DNA of 64,000 nucleotides, taken from the human T2T-CHM13v2.0 reference genome, Homo sapiens. Below the pieces are notes generated by a model. The model made no database searches and was not told the origin of the DNA. It worked only from the letters and a program-made list of their open reading frames with translations. How positions within the stretch are numbered: the first letter of the stretch is position 1; each line of letters begins with the position of its first letter. Below are positions 13,142-28,345 of the stretch, in pieces. The position numbers were made by a program, and so were the translations under genes. Location of the stretch: NCBI RefSeq assembly GCF_009914755.1, contig NC_060933.1, one strand, 5' to 3'.

Positions 13142-14439
13142 TATTTAAATAAATGTTGTCAAATAAAAATATTAGCCTGGGTTGTAGTGTGAGTGAAAAT
13201 TGGATGTTATTGAAAATGTTGATTAGCAGGCTAGGTTTTTTGGCAGATTAGGTTTAGAAAGTAATTCTAATGCACTTATGGTACAATCTTTTGTTATGGA
13301 TTGAAGCCAAAATCTAAATGGATAACTAGACAATTTTCAAAAAGAACATGAGATAAGAAAATATCTTTTGTTAATTTTCCTATTAAAAGATTCCCCCTAA
13401 ATTAAGGACCAATTTGGTAATATGAGTGAGAAAGGAGACAATTTTTTCCCTTTAAGATTAAAGTCAAACAACAATAACAATGATAACAATTAAAGTCCCA
13501 TATCATGTATTGAGCTCCTGGTCCATGCACCAAATGTCTCAGACATTGTGTGAAGCATTTGCCTGCATCATTGCATGTAATCCTCACAACAATCCTATAA
13601 GGCAAGTTCTGTTACCATCTCAACCATCTCAATTTTACATAGTGCAAAATTGGGACTCAGAATAGTTAAATCACATTCTCATCACCACGAAGTTCTCATT
13701 GTCACGAATAAATGAGGAATTCAATATATTGAGACACTTGCGTCTTGCTCATGTTTTAAGAGTTTAGCCAAAATTTGTTTCAAAACATCTGAGACTTCTC
13801 TGGAAAGCTTAAAATTTTTTGGTATTATTCAGTGAGTGCTTCTTCCTGAATAAATGAAACATTGAAATAGTAGATATAAAATTATCATGACGTTTACCAG
13901 TAATATTTATGATGATTCCTACATCTAGACCTTCATGACTTGCTAAGGTCAAGCCTCTTTGGAAATACATGGAAACAGTCTGTGCTATGGCCAGGACCAC
14001 ACAAGGCCAAGGGTGTGAGGGTCAATTCTGAGATTCTCTTATGCCCTGTTACTCAAAAATCTCCATGAAATGTGCTCCAAACCTGTTTTGAGCTTGGAAC
14101 TATTCACTATTATATTTTTGCTCACTTAAACAAACATTCATTGATCATATACTGGTGTGTTTGCCATTGTTGTGTGATTTGGTAACTCGAAGGCAAACAA
14201 GAATAGATATCAACCCTTGATGAGATCACAGTCCTGTAGGTCAAGTAGGAGAGAAAACAAATGATTTCAAAATACTGTTTTATATTCTCTGCTAGTGTTG
14301 TGCAAGGGAACACAAAGAAGAAGACTGGCAAAAATGTCCTGAGAGAGATAATCCCCAACCTGAGTCTTGATATATGATCGGGATGTCTATATAACATGAT
14401 ATTCAACCCCATCTACCAGTCACAAAAATCTGAAAATTA

Positions 14440-14870
14440 AGGAGTTACATATTTGCAAGGACTGAAACTTGTCATACATTGCTGGTGACAGTAGATATTG
14501 GTGCAGCTATATGGAAGAGTAATTTGGCAATATCCAGTAAAACTGCTAATACAAATAAGTGACAATATTTTCTAGATGTAAACCTAGACAAACCCTCATA
14601 TGATATACAAGAAAACATGTATAAAGGTATTCATTGCAGCATTGCTTATAAGAGCCACCATCAGAAAAAAACATGATGATTATAGTTAACAATATTTTAT
14701 GTTCTTGAAAAATACTGAGAGTGGATATAAAGTGTGCTCACCACAAAAATGATAACCATGTGAGGTAATGAATATGTTAATTAGTTAGATTTAGTCATTT
14801 CACAATGCACATATACTTCAAAAACTATGTTGAACATGGTCAGTACATACATCTTTGCCAGTTAAAAATA
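14440..14870 (+). mobile_element. Old L1M fragments (L1ME-like piece followed by an L1MA 3' end)
   Basis: CATACATTGCTGGTG...GTAATTTGGCAATATC; then CTCACCACAAAAATGATAACCATGTGAGGTAATG. Confidence 0.65.
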
Positions 14871-14880
14871 TATACGTAAT

Positions 14881-14987
14881 GCCAGTCTCATCCAAAAGTG
14901 CCCTCGTGAAAATACCAAGAATAATGTTTGACTAAATATCCCAGCACTATGGCCCAGCCAACTTGGCACATAAAATTAGCTATCACA
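14881..14987 (-). mobile_element. MLT2B (ERVL) LTR 5' fragment
   Basis: AGAATAATGTTTGACTAAATATC...TGGCCCAGCCAACTTGGCACATAAAATTAGCTATCACA. Confidence 0.75.
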
Positions 14988-15139
14988 AGAGTAGACACAG
15001 GAGACTAGTTAATAAAAATGGTTGCAATAATTCAGGCTCCAATTCAGGGCCTCAAAACGTAGTAAAAGTTGAGTATATATTTGTTAATTTGAGTTGATTC
15101 AACAGTGACTTTAAAATGTGAGAAATTTGTGCATATGTA

Positions 15140-15315
15140 CACATAAATATTTTATATATATTTTATGTATTTTAGATGTATTTTATAACTAACAATATAT
15201 AAATGCAACATACTATCTATTAATATATTTTATATTTAACTAGATTAAATATTTAATATATTTAATGTATTTATGTATTATATAAAATACATATGCATTA
15301 TATATGTTATATATG
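15140..15315. repeat. AT-rich / (TA)n-like low-complexity region
   Basis: Read directly. Confidence 0.8.
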
Positions 15316-17875
15316 TGCTATGAACACTAGTCTGGTATTCTCAATGAGTTCTCATCAGCTCATTCCAAAGATATTCTGCACATGGTTTATTCTGCTGGAC
15401 TTCTCTATGTCATTTGTTTTATGTTCTGGTGAACAGTTTTGGTTCATAATGTCTGGCAGAATATACTAGAGTAGTTCTGGACTTGCCACAAAAAAGACTA
15501 ATTTTGATAGTACCAAGTGAACATTATTGTTGTTTTCTAGACTATTAGTTGTTTTCTAGACTTCTAGACCTCAGTATTTAGAACAATCTACGAAGAAGAC
15601 AAAATCATCTGTTGAGTCTACCACTGCATTGACTACAGGAGAGCTAACTTTACAAGGAATAATGCGTATGTGAGAAAAGATGAACATCTATTAATACATT
15701 TATGGATGATCAGAAACATCAGGTGCTTAATCAGGAGAAGTACATAAAACATCTTAACCTGCATCCTCAAATGAAGCAAAGAAGCCATAAAAAACATTTT
15801 GAGATAGTTATGCTTGACCTAGATGATCAGCCCTGCAGTAACCCGCATAGCACAGACCTGATCAGTGTGAAGTAAGTGCTGACCACCTAACCTGCAGTTT
15901 TGAATTCCTCATCTGATCAAGGGAATGATTAGCATGGTCATTCTCGAAGTTTATTCTCCAGTTTCTTCTTAATGTGGATTAAATTGACGTTGATGGTAAA
16001 TTTGTGCCAATGAGCATTTTAATCTCATAAGAAAAGAGTGGTTTAAGACTTCCTAGGACCATTTCACTTTCTTACTGGGCAGTAATGGTTTTTTGGGATT
16101 TTAGGCTGAATAAGGTTGTGCTTATAAGCCATTCAACGACACTAATCTTCTCTACCACCAAGTCTTCCATGTTTGGCGTAGGCCTGTACACTTTGCTGCA
16201 TTTCTTTCTTCACTATTATTTGGCACGGAAAATATATTTATTAAATCATATTTATATCAGATTATTTTTAAGTGAACACATTTCTGGTATGCATATTAGG
16301 GATAGAAAAAAGAATCCATCAGGATGATGCTTACATTGAGACTGCAATAATATTTTTCAGAAAGTTCTCTGTGCACCAACTCTACCAATTAGGAACTTGA
16401 TGATCTTGCTAGATCATTTATGCTTTTGCAGTCTCATCTTAATTTTTTTCTCTTTCCTCAGGGGGGATCTGTTATAGGGTGGTTGTGATGATTAAATGCC
16501 CATGAGAAGCTCTTCATAAACCTTAAATAGCTATACAAACATATTAAATAGTTGGCATTATAGATAATAATCTGATTGCAGGAAACAGAAGATCACCTTC
16601 TCTAATATATAAAGATTATTTTTCACTCAGTAAATCAATGAACAAGTTAAAATACATTCAAAAGATTACTCTGCCACACAATTAAAAGCAGTCTATTCTT
16701 TCTAGGGACTGTCAGTCTTGGCAATGATATATTTTTTTTCTAAGAATCGAAGTATATTTGAGCTGAAAGGGGCCTTGGAGAATATCCAATTCAATGCCCT
16801 CAAGCCCCACCCATCTCCATTTTATCATAATGTAAAATGTATTATGAACATAAATTAAAACTTTTTGGGTGGTTTAAATGGATTTTACTTTGAAAACTAT
16901 ATGTTAAAATGGATTTAGATTCCACTATGACAAAAATGAAGCCTGAAATTTTAGATTTAAGAATAAGAATCACATTTCCTAAGGATTTTTTGTTAAATGA
17001 TGAATGAAAAAGGATTCAGAGAGAAAGTTGATGGGTAGATCTGACATGTTACCGTAATAATTTCTCGTAAAGTACATCCACATAAATAAGATATATGGCC
17101 ATTATCAAGTAATATGAGAAAGGTGTGAGGGTGAGTAAAGCTGCTGAGAATGTAGAAAACATCAATGAGATTCCCAATTCTTGGTTATCTATGAGCTTTT
17201 TGTGCATAATTTAGATCTTTAATTCCAACATTTTCCTACTGCCACTAAGCATGCTTCTGAGTAGCTGTTATCAGTCAAGGTATGTGCAAAGAATGGAAAA
17301 TAATTATAATATTAGCACAAGACATAATTAGAAGTATAAATATTATATAAAAATAATCATAGGCTACAATCATTAAGAAGAAATAAACAGCTTTTACTAT
17401 TCACACCTTCTTTTGTTATAGGATTTCCTGATATTTATAACGATTTCAATACTCTATTGTTTACAAAGGCAATTCTAAAATGAGATTATAGGAAAAAATA
17501 ATTCACAGGACTCCTTAAACACTTATTTACTTGACCATGTTTGGAAAGAGAAGTCTTCCAAATAAATAAGTATTTAAATATTGAAGACAGAATATAAAGA
17601 GGGAATTAGGGCTTGTACTTACGACTAGGTTTTTTAGCAACACAGCCTATGATGGAGTCACAATTTCACCTATCAACCGAGAGAAGTAAGTTGGAATAAA
17701 GCAGTGTCTTATGCAATGTCACAACCCATGAAGCATAAAAGGAGCAGTGATAATCTGTTTTGCTTCTGATTTGTGTGAATTTGGATTGGACTGGACTGGC
17801 TAAATCCCCTGAAGAGCTGGCTTAGAAGATAAATTCTATGTATAATAGCAATATTGGTGAGAGAAATATTATGAG

Positions 17876-17886
<11 letters not shown>

Positions 17887-17916
<30 letters not shown>

Positions 17917-18195
17917 AGACGGAGTCTCGCTGTCGCCCAGGCTGGAGTGCAGTGGCGCGATCTCGGCTCACTGCAGCCTCCGCCCCCTGGGGTTCACGCC
18001 ATTCTCCTGCCTCAGCCTCCCGAGTAGCTGGGACTACAGGCTCCCGCCACCTCGCCCGGCTAATTTTTTGTATTTTTAGTAGAGACGGGGTTTCACCGTG
18101 TTAGCCAGGATGGTCTCGATCTCCTGACCTCGTGATCCGCCCGCCTCGGCCTCCCAAAGTGCTGGGACTACAGGCGTGAGCCACCGCGCCCGGCC
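17887..18195 (-). mobile_element. Young full-length AluY (AluYe5-type)
   Basis: CpGs largely intact. Sense-strand diagnostics GGGCGAGGTGG, AACCCCAGGGGGCGGAG and the 2-bp-deleted GACAGCGAGACTCC. Pure T run of 38 nt at 17878-17915. Perfect TSD GAGGGTTTTTTTTT at 17873-17886 and 18196-18209. Confidence 0.97.
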
Positions 18196-18989
18196 GAGGG
18201 TTTTTTTTTAAGCAAAGGAAAAGAAAATCTTAAAGTTAGAGAGGTTGTGAAAAAACATGTCATAAAGTAACGTATGACGGCAAGGTTAGCTTTGGGAAAA
18301 TAAGGTAATGTAATTCCTCTGAAGATGGAGCAAAGGAACAGATAATGAGGACTGATTATAATACATTTATAGTGGAATTTAGGTGAGTGCCCAAAACATC
18401 TCAGCTGAAGAAGAGGAGATTTGAAGGAATTTAAGCTGGAGAACTTTAATCTGCCCAGTAGAACAGGGTAGGTCTTATACTTAGGGAGAAGAGAAGGAGA
18501 AAGACTTGGTGGCTCAAGAACTGAAAGTTTGGAACAGAGGCAGTGAGTCATACCACATGAAAAAAATATAAGGAGAGAACAGAAAGCATGCTGGGCAGCA
18601 CTGAGGACCCAGATGAAGTCAGAAATCATAGTAGAGTCAATACATTTTCCGTTAGGACTATTCAAGAGGAAAAACATGTGGTACAGGTAGCACAGGGCTG
18701 GCAGACAGCCAACTACAAGAACCTAATGTGTACAGCATTGAAATGGCCCATAATATGGCTCAGACCAGATAAGAAATAAATGACACCAGAAAAATTCTCA
18801 GGGCTCATGAGGCCAGTGAAGGGTATTACAAGAAATGGGAACCCTCAAGGCAGAGGCCAGTTCAGGTTAAGGATATAGACAAAGAATAAGTATATAGAAA
18901 TCAAAAACAAAAAGAAGAAAAAACCAGAAAATAACCCAGGCATAAGGAACCATGAATGGACACAGTTAGAAACAGAAGAAAATTGAAAA

Positions 18990-20700
18990 ATACCATGTAT
19001 CAAAACTCATCCAGTGCTGCTGAAACCATTCCTGGAAGAAAATGTATGTCCTTAAGCACATTTGTTAGTAAAAGTTAGAAATTAATGATGCCAAAAAGAT
19101 AGAAACATATTATTAAATAAAGAATATATAATTTTGTATATACAAAGATGAAATATCAATAAATGAATTTAGCAAGGTTCTTAGATACAAGGTAAATATA
19201 TAAAAATAAATTATATTTTTCACAAATATTAGAAAATGAAATAGCAAATAACTTACAGCAAATATTTTTAAATGCACAAAATAAATACATTAAAAATGTA
19301 TAGGACCCCTACAAATAAAATATACATCATTTTGAAGAGAAACAGAATACTTAAATAAATGGAGGGTTACGCCATATTTATCAGTGGAAAGATTCAATAT
19401 TGTAATGATGTAAACTCTCTGCAAGTTATTTTTTAAATTTAATGCAATTCCAATAAAATGTAAATTTTTGTTTGTTTGTATGTATTGTTGGCACTTGATA
19501 AGTTGACTTTAAAATTTATTTGCAAATGCTAAGAATAGCTAAACTATTCTTGACATAGAATAAGGGAGCTAGGGGAAAGACTCACTTTTTCAGATATCAA
19601 GGATTAATTTAAAGCTACATTAACTAAAACTGACATTGGTTTACGCATAGGAAAAATGACCAGTGTAACACAGCAGAGGCCAGTAGGAGACCCATGCAAA
19701 CATAGAGAGTTGATTTATGACAAGAGTGTGCATCAGAGCAGTAGGAAATGAAAACTCTTAATAAGTGAATTTGACTCTTATCTCACATCATAAAACAATC
19801 ACTTCTAGAAGAATTTTACAACATAATGTTATAGGTAAAACAAATTTAGAAAATAACATGAGAATAATTTTAGAATCTTGGGACAGAAGAAAAATTTCTG
19901 CAATAGACACAAAATACATTAAACATAAAAAATTAGATTAATTTAAAATGATACTAATTATGTTGTAGTAATATGAACTTCTGTTCAATGAAAGAAACTA
20001 GGAAAGACAAAGAGGAAAGATACAGACTAAGAGAAGATATTTTTCACATATATAATAAACAGATAGTATATAGTGATATCCTAGGAATAACTTAGAAAAA
20101 AGCCAATCCAATAGAAAAAAAAGAGCAGGATATTTGACTAGGTATTTAATCAGAGAGACTGTTTCTCTGATTATTAATGAGAAAAGGCATTCACCGAGTG
20201 TCGTAACCTACTCACTATAATGGTTAAAATCAAAGTTATCAACAGTGTCATGTGTCACATGTGTTAGTATGTGGCATAATTAAAATGTCTAACAATATTA
20301 TAATAGACAAAACAAATTTTTCAGAATAGTCCTATGATAGAATCCTATTCAGCAATAAATTTTTTTTAAAAAAGCAAATGACTGACAGCTACTTGCAGCA
20401 CTGTGGAATCTCACAATCAGAATGCTTAATAAAGCCAAATACAAAAGCATACATACTTAAATAACTTCATTTCTATACATTTCAAAAGCAAGCATAACTG
20501 AAGTTTGGTGTTAGCCTTTAGGACAGCGGTTACTTCTAGGGAGTAAGGGCAGGGTTACTAATAGGAAGAGGACAAAAGGGAGACTGTCAGGGTACCGGCT
20601 ATTTTCATCATGGTTACCTGGGCTATTCATTTTGGAAAAATTCCTTTGGTTGTAAATTTGTTTTGTGTGTTTTTCTATGCGTTATACTGCAACACAAAAG
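18990..20700 (+). mobile_element. Highly diverged old L1M (ORF2 remnants and 3'UTR)
   Basis: AATAAATGAATTTAGCAAGG..GATACAAGG, GGAAAGATTCAATATTGTAA, AATGCAATTCCAATAAAA motifs. Confidence 0.75.
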
Positions 20701-21965
20701 AAAACAGACAAAGCATGTGAATGGAATTGATGACAGTGTATTTCTTGCATTCATAATACAATACATTTGTAACGCAATTTCCCATTTCTGTTTCAATGAC
20801 TAACCTTTCATGGATATGTAGCCTTAGATTTTAGAATCTTGCTTAAAACTAATGACAACAAACAAGGTAATGAAGACTCGGTAAAAACTACACTATTGAA
20901 TATATTATGATTCTTTAGCTTCAGAGCAGTTACTGTAGCTGCCTTCCTCCTTTTCTCTTTGCCCATATATAGCCTGAGCCTTCTAATATTTCTAATACAC
21001 CCCAAGGTTGTCAACTCATGGCTTAGATTATTGGCCAGTTTGACTACCCCTAAAAATGTAAGTGGAAAGGGTCACAGCAGGACATGTAGCCAGACTCCAT
21101 TAAAAATATTAATAAAAGAAGAGCACAAATTTATTAAATGAAAATCCTCTGATCTGTTCACTGTAGCAAACAGCTGTTATTCTGTATCCTACCGAGGGCC
21201 TTGGGACCCAGTGGCACTAGCAGGTTTGCCTCTGTGTACATTTCTCTCAGCTGGTCAAATAAACAGCTCTTCTATCCTCCTGTAGAGAGGCAGGGTTGCT
21301 CCCAGTTGTCAAACTCAAATAATCCCCTTCAAACAGAATCCCTGGCAAGTTCAAAGAAAACATGCCAAACCCCACTGCTCTGGGGGATAATGGCCACCAA
21401 GAACCGACTGTGGGAGTAGAAATTAAAAGATGCCTCTGAACATGAAACCTTAATAAACCAAGCATCTTTACAAATATTTCTCCCTCATCCAATGCCCTTT
21501 CTCATAAAATTAACCCCAATCCCTTATGCTCTCATCCCCTCATTTTATATTCCAATAGTTGAAGTTCAAGTTTACTTAGCAGCATAAAATTTTACTTACA
21601 CTGTTTTCCAATCACATAAATGGTCTTGAATATAGTGTTACCAAAACATAAGACAAAACAAGTAGAATTACATGTCAAAGCACAGTTTGACCTTCATTTT
21701 AATAACCAGGAGAGATATAAAAATATTAAACAGCTGATAAGACACAAGTTGACACTGCATGGACACGACTAATTAGTAAGCAACTGATTAACCATAAATA
21801 ACTGGTGCAACTAATAATTCATATACATACCTTGTGGCTGATGGAAGAAATTAATAATTTCTTCAAGATTTGTGAGTATGTTTCTCAATTCCTTTTCAGT
21901 CATCACAAGTTTTCCTTGTATCCCCATGGATCTCACCCACACAGAAAAACAGGCATTATCTTTTC

Positions 21966-22050
21966 TCTATCTATCTTTTCTATCTCTGCATCTCTCCATA
22001 TATTATCTATCTATCTATCTATCTACCTACCTACCATCTATCTAACTATT
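21966..22050 (+). repeat. Imperfect (TATC)n/(TACC)n tetranucleotide repeat
   Basis: Read directly. Confidence 0.85.
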
Positions 22051-24479
22051 TATGCTTGAGAAAATAAGGTCCAAAATTTAGCTGATTAAGCAGGAAGAGT
22101 TGAATGTATGTTTCAGTGGGTAAATAATTATACCAATAGTGAAAATAGCCTGAACACTTTAAAACATCATGTTACTGTGTAAATATCATATGGCTGCTTA
22201 TATCTATCATTTGGTTTCTACCTTTATCTACAGTGAATTTCCTGACTTGATTTTAATAGGCACCATGTGGCCTATTTTGCCATCCCAGGCAGCTCGTAAA
22301 CTTCAGAAATAAATAACTTCCGCTTATGTCACAGGGGTGTTTTAAGTAGTAATATAAATGTGATCACTTGCCAGAAAGTATTTGAATTCATCAGAGAAAA
22401 GGTACCATGTATGAGAAATGTAATATCACAGTGGGTAGGGGCTAAACATGGTCATTCTTAGCCTAACACTTATCTGGGCAGTATGTCTAAGGTTTTCCTA
22501 TTGATGGAATGCTAGCCTGGATACCTAGATTGTGTGTGAGAGGAATGAACATTGAGCTGGGAGTCAAGAGATCCCAACATTTGTCATGGCTCTACTTCAG
22601 ACTAGCATTGGCAAATTTTCATAAAACTCTACTTTCTAGGCATTAGGTATCTCATCTTTAATATGAGATAGAAAAAAACAGTAGATAAACTTGAAGATGG
22701 CTTCCAGTACTAACATTCTGTAATTCTGTAGTTCATGCTAATCCTTCATGCCTAAGAAGGTAAAAAATTGTTTTTGAAAGTAAATAGCAGAATGATGATT
22801 TAGAAGTTAAAGTTCTACCTTCACTGAAATGCCTACCCTCATCAACTAATTAGGATTTAGCCCTCACAGGTGACTTAGGATAAGAGAAAAGGCTTCCCTT
22901 ATCCTATCAAAGCTTGTTTCCAAGTACTGTAGTATGTAATCTTACTCATTTCTTCCAACTCACTATAATCTGTAATTTTATTTTCATTTTAAAAAACATT
23001 TTCTCCTCTAATATAATTTAGGCTATCTTGTTTACTGCTGAATTCTTAGCATCCAGAACAAACACCTAGCATGTAGCAGGGCTCAAAAACATACAGTGAG
23101 TGAAAAACCAAATGCATATCAAAACCATTTAGCTTAGTGTAGCATATGACTAGATATGTTTAAAAGAAAGATGTTTAATGAACACTAGTATGCGGAAGAC
23201 TGTTTTCCTCAGATACACTGAAAGAAAAGGTGTGCTGGAATCAGATCAATAGAAAGTATCCGGCAGTTTTCCCAGTCTAAATCACTTTTGCCAGGTCATT
23301 AGATAAGTACATAGCTTACGTATGATAATGGTTTTGCAATAATTCAAAGAGAGTAGTCTTCTATTTTATATGACATGGCATTAATTCAGTGAAAGCTTTG
23401 CTGAATCCTAGAGTATTACTTTTATTTACTGTGGCATGGTTTTAATATATACTCAAGTTAGATGCAAATTTTAGCAAAAGATATCAGCTGAGTGCTTTAA
23501 TCAGTTTCATATTGTGCTAATAATATACCATAATATACAAATTGTTATATATCATGTTGTAGAAAAATAATTTATATAACTGAGCTTTACAAAACTTAAA
23601 GCATAAGAAATGTATTTTACATGTTTTCTCAGCATCTGTAGTTTCAACATGTATATTGTTTGTTATTGCTATTTATTGTGTGTGTCTATTTTTAAACATA
23701 CTATGTTTAGCAGGATTAAAAATATGGATGTCATCTGCATTGCTCCAGAACACTCTATCATAGAATAGTCTGCTGGGTAATTTGTATATAGGTCATCAGG
23801 ATTTCTTTATAAGGTTAATCTATAGTTATATTTTATGTAGTCAGAGAAATCATTGTCCCATGATGTCTTTTCTTGGGTCATCTTGATAACTGATTGTCAC
23901 ACAATGATCCAATCAGCCATTTGATTGATCTGATTCAGTATATCCATGGCACCTGGACCAAACATTTCAAGGTCAGACTCTTTCTGTGTGACACTGATGA
24001 ACATGGCATACAACATCAAGGGATAAAAAAGTCCATTATATTCAAGAACTGTCCCACACCAAATACATTTCCATCGCTTTCTTTAAAGATAACTGAGACT
24101 CCGAACTGAATACTGTTAGGCCAATGATTTCAGTTGACAGCAATCTGTGGTATGAAGTTGCACAGTTAGTATGGACATTCGGTCAGATTGATAAAAATCA
24201 TCACGGTAATAATGCTTCATTAAGAAACTAGAGATTTGTGTTCAGAAAAGCGACTTCAATATAGGATTTGGAAGAAATTAATACTGAAATAAGCAAATAG
24301 CTTATGGGTCTAGACAGCAGTCATGAAGATACAATACAATGTTATCCAATTTCAAATTTTAAAACAAATGGACAGAACTATGGAGGAGTCATTGAATTTC
24401 CTGTCCTCTGAACAATCAGTCTCAAATACAGATTCATTTTTCATATGCCTGAACTTTTGGCTGAAGAATTCATCACAAA

Positions 24480-25140
24480 TATCCACTGAGTATTTACATG
24501 AAATAGGCATTCCCATAGGAGCTGGGGATATAACAATATATACATTTGACAAAAATCTCTTCCCTTTTGGACTTTCAGGTCTAATGGCAGAGATAGGTAA
24601 TAAACATATTAAGCAAATTAATTAAAAAGTGTATTAGGAAGTGATAGTGCTATGGAAACAAATAAGGATAGGGTGAAAAGGGGTGCCTTGGACTTGGGGG
24701 ATTATGTTTGAAATAGAGAGATCAGGGTACGCTTTGCTGAAAACTGACAATGGTAGAAATTGATAAGGTTCCATTGGGAGGGAGATCTACAACATCAGTG
24801 GGAAGCATGTTCTGTGCAGATTAAATAGCCAGTGCACAGGCAAGGAGGCTGGACTGTACTAGCATGTGTGAGGAACACCAAGGAGGTCAGTGTGGCTGCA
24901 GTGTGATGACATAGCGAAGTGGGAGTAAGATACACGGTCAAGTGTGTAGGACCTTGTAAACCATCATAAAGGCATTCAAGTGCAATGTGAAGCTGACAGG
25001 GGTTTTCAGCAGAAAAGTGACAATATCTGAGTTATAATGTACAGACTTACTCTTCTCACCATGGGAGAAAATACATTATGGGATTACAAGCTATGATGGA
25101 AGAAGGATAGTTGGTTAGGAGTGAGATGATGATGGCTTAG
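24480..25140. mobile_element. L2 fragment
   Basis: GAGCTGGGGATATAAC...GTGCTATGGA...GAGGAACACCAAGGAGGTCAGTGTGGCTG...CAGAAAAGTGACAATATCTGA are typical L2 3' motifs. Confidence 0.7.
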
Positions 25141-25906
25141 ATCAGAGTTTTAGACTACAAACTTTCCCTCTCAAGTCAAATTCTCTTCCTTGAAATGATA
25201 CATTAATGTCTCTGGAAGGCTTCCAGAGTTTTTCCAGTAGTTCTCTTTAGTGGAATCTATTTATGCCATTAATTAATGTAATGTATAAATGTAATCCATT
25301 TAACCTCACCAATCTCAGTTGTCTTATTTGCTAAATGGGTTTAAATACAGTGCCTAATTCATAACTTAATGGTAAAAATTATACAAGAATATGCATGTAA
25401 AGCATAACACCATTGTTATATAATATAAAGTAAATTTTCAGTACATTTTAGCTGTTGTTATACATGTGATTGTCATCTCCAATGACAATATATATCATTG
25501 GAGGGATTCAGTTTGTAAATATTTCATTTATGGTTGTTGCAACTGCATTCATGAAAATGACTGAAGTTAATATTTCTTTTGTATGTGTACTAAAATTTTG
25601 ATATTAATGTTATCCTACTCTCATAAAATCAATTAGGATGGGTCCTTTTTTTATTCCCTGGAAGATTTTGTGTAGGATCGGTGTTACTTCTTATGTTTGG
25701 AAGAAATCACTGGGGTAAAGTCACCTTGGCCAGGCATTTTTTTTTCATGAGAATGTTTTAAAAAACATATTTAATCTCTAAAAGAAATGACAAGTCATAT
25801 TTCCTATCTTTTCTTGTGTTCATTTTGGTAGTCTGTGTTTTTCTAAAAATTTGGCCATCTTTTAATTAAATTTTCAAATTAATTGGAATAAAATTTCTTA
25901 GTTATT

Positions 25907-26694
<788 letters not shown>

Positions 26695-27059
26695 AAAACT
26701 TGTCTTAATACTGTAAGAATTTTCAACTGTATTTTTGTGTTTATTACGGAAGTTAATAGCTAAGTTTTTGAAACATTAATGCTTATGTTTGAATTCTTTG
26801 TGTATTTACGTTTATGCCTTTCTAAGTCATTGACTTTTTTTGTTAATATTTGCTTATTTTTCACATTGTGTGTGTCATAATAGTGTACCATGTTTCTAAG
26901 GTATGAGTATATTGTGAGCTCTATTCAAGTGTACCTCTTCCTCTCAAGCTTTTCTCCTCCTCTTCTTGGCAGGTACTTATCTTCTATATATTCTTATACT
27001 TCAAGGTTTGCAAGGACATTTTAAATTAGTCTTTTGGTTATTTACTGTAAAACTTTTGA

Positions 27060-27910
27060 ATTTTCAAAATTAACCTCTTTATTTTGTTATAATGTAGATT
27101 TGCATATGGTTGTAAGAAATAACACAGAGAGACATCAAATAGGCTTTATCCAGTTTCTCTCAGTGGTAACATCTTACAAACCTGTAACACAATCTCAGAA
27201 CCAGAATATTGACATCAATACAATCTATTGATCTTGTCTAGATTTTTTTAGTTGTATTTGTACTTGTGTCTGTGTTTATATGTGAGTTTATTTAGTTCTA
27301 TGCAATTTTATCACATGTAGATTTGTGTATTTAAACTAGAATGAAGACACAGAACTGTTCCATTACCTCAAGTGTCCCTCATGTTGTCCTTTTAACCACA
27401 TTCACTTTTCTCTTCCCCACCTCTCCCGGCTACCAGTTCCTAATCTCTGGCAACACTGCTCTGTTCTCCACATCTATAATTTTGTCATTAAAAAATTATA
27501 TACATAAATACATTTAATATTTAACCTTTTTTAGATTTTTTTCTTTCTCTTTTAGCTTTTACTTAGCATAATTTTCTCGAGATTCATCCAAATTGTTGAG
27601 TGTATTGATTTCTTTTTGTCCTTTTTATTACTGAGTGCTAGCCCATGAAATGGTGTATCACAGTTTTTTATCCATTTACCCATTGAAGTGGACATCTGGG
27701 CTGCTTACAGTGTTTACCTACTAGAAATAAAATTTCTTTGAACATTTATGTACAGGTCTGTGTTAACATAGGTTTCCCCCTCCCAGGATAAATGCCCATG
27801 AATGCAATTACTGGTTGCATAGTAATTGCTTGTTTACTTTTATAAGAAACTGATGCTTCTTTGAGAAGCTATGCCATTTTACTTTCCACCAACAATGCAT
27901 ATGCAATCTT
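27060..27910 (-). mobile_element. L1MC-type 3' end
   Basis: GTTGTAAGAAATAACACAGAGAGA...CAGTGGTAACATCTT...GATTCATCCAAATTGTTG. Confidence 0.75.
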
Positions 27911-28036
27911 TGGATTTCTTTTAGTTTCTGACATTCACTATCATCTAGTATTTTAATAACTGCTTTTGTGTCACTTTTAACACTTAATTGCTAGGACACC
28001 ACATTAAAGTCTTTCTCATCTTTATCTTGCAACTGA

Positions 28037-28345
<309 letters not shown>

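Noticed and set aside
16441-16465. Strong-looking splice acceptor (TTTTTTTCTCTTTCCTCAG)
   Set aside because: No convincing downstream exon, ORF or donor; such tracts are common in AT-rich DNA.
18168-18677. 169-aa minus-strand ORF
   Set aside because: It runs across degenerate L2-like sequence into an Alu end, has no recognisable domain, and its L/S/F-rich composition is typical of chance ORFs.
23385-23415. Minus-strand LGFSKAF resembling the CR1/L2 RT motif LDFSKAFD
   Set aside because: Only a 7-residue match, with no supporting homology in the flanks.
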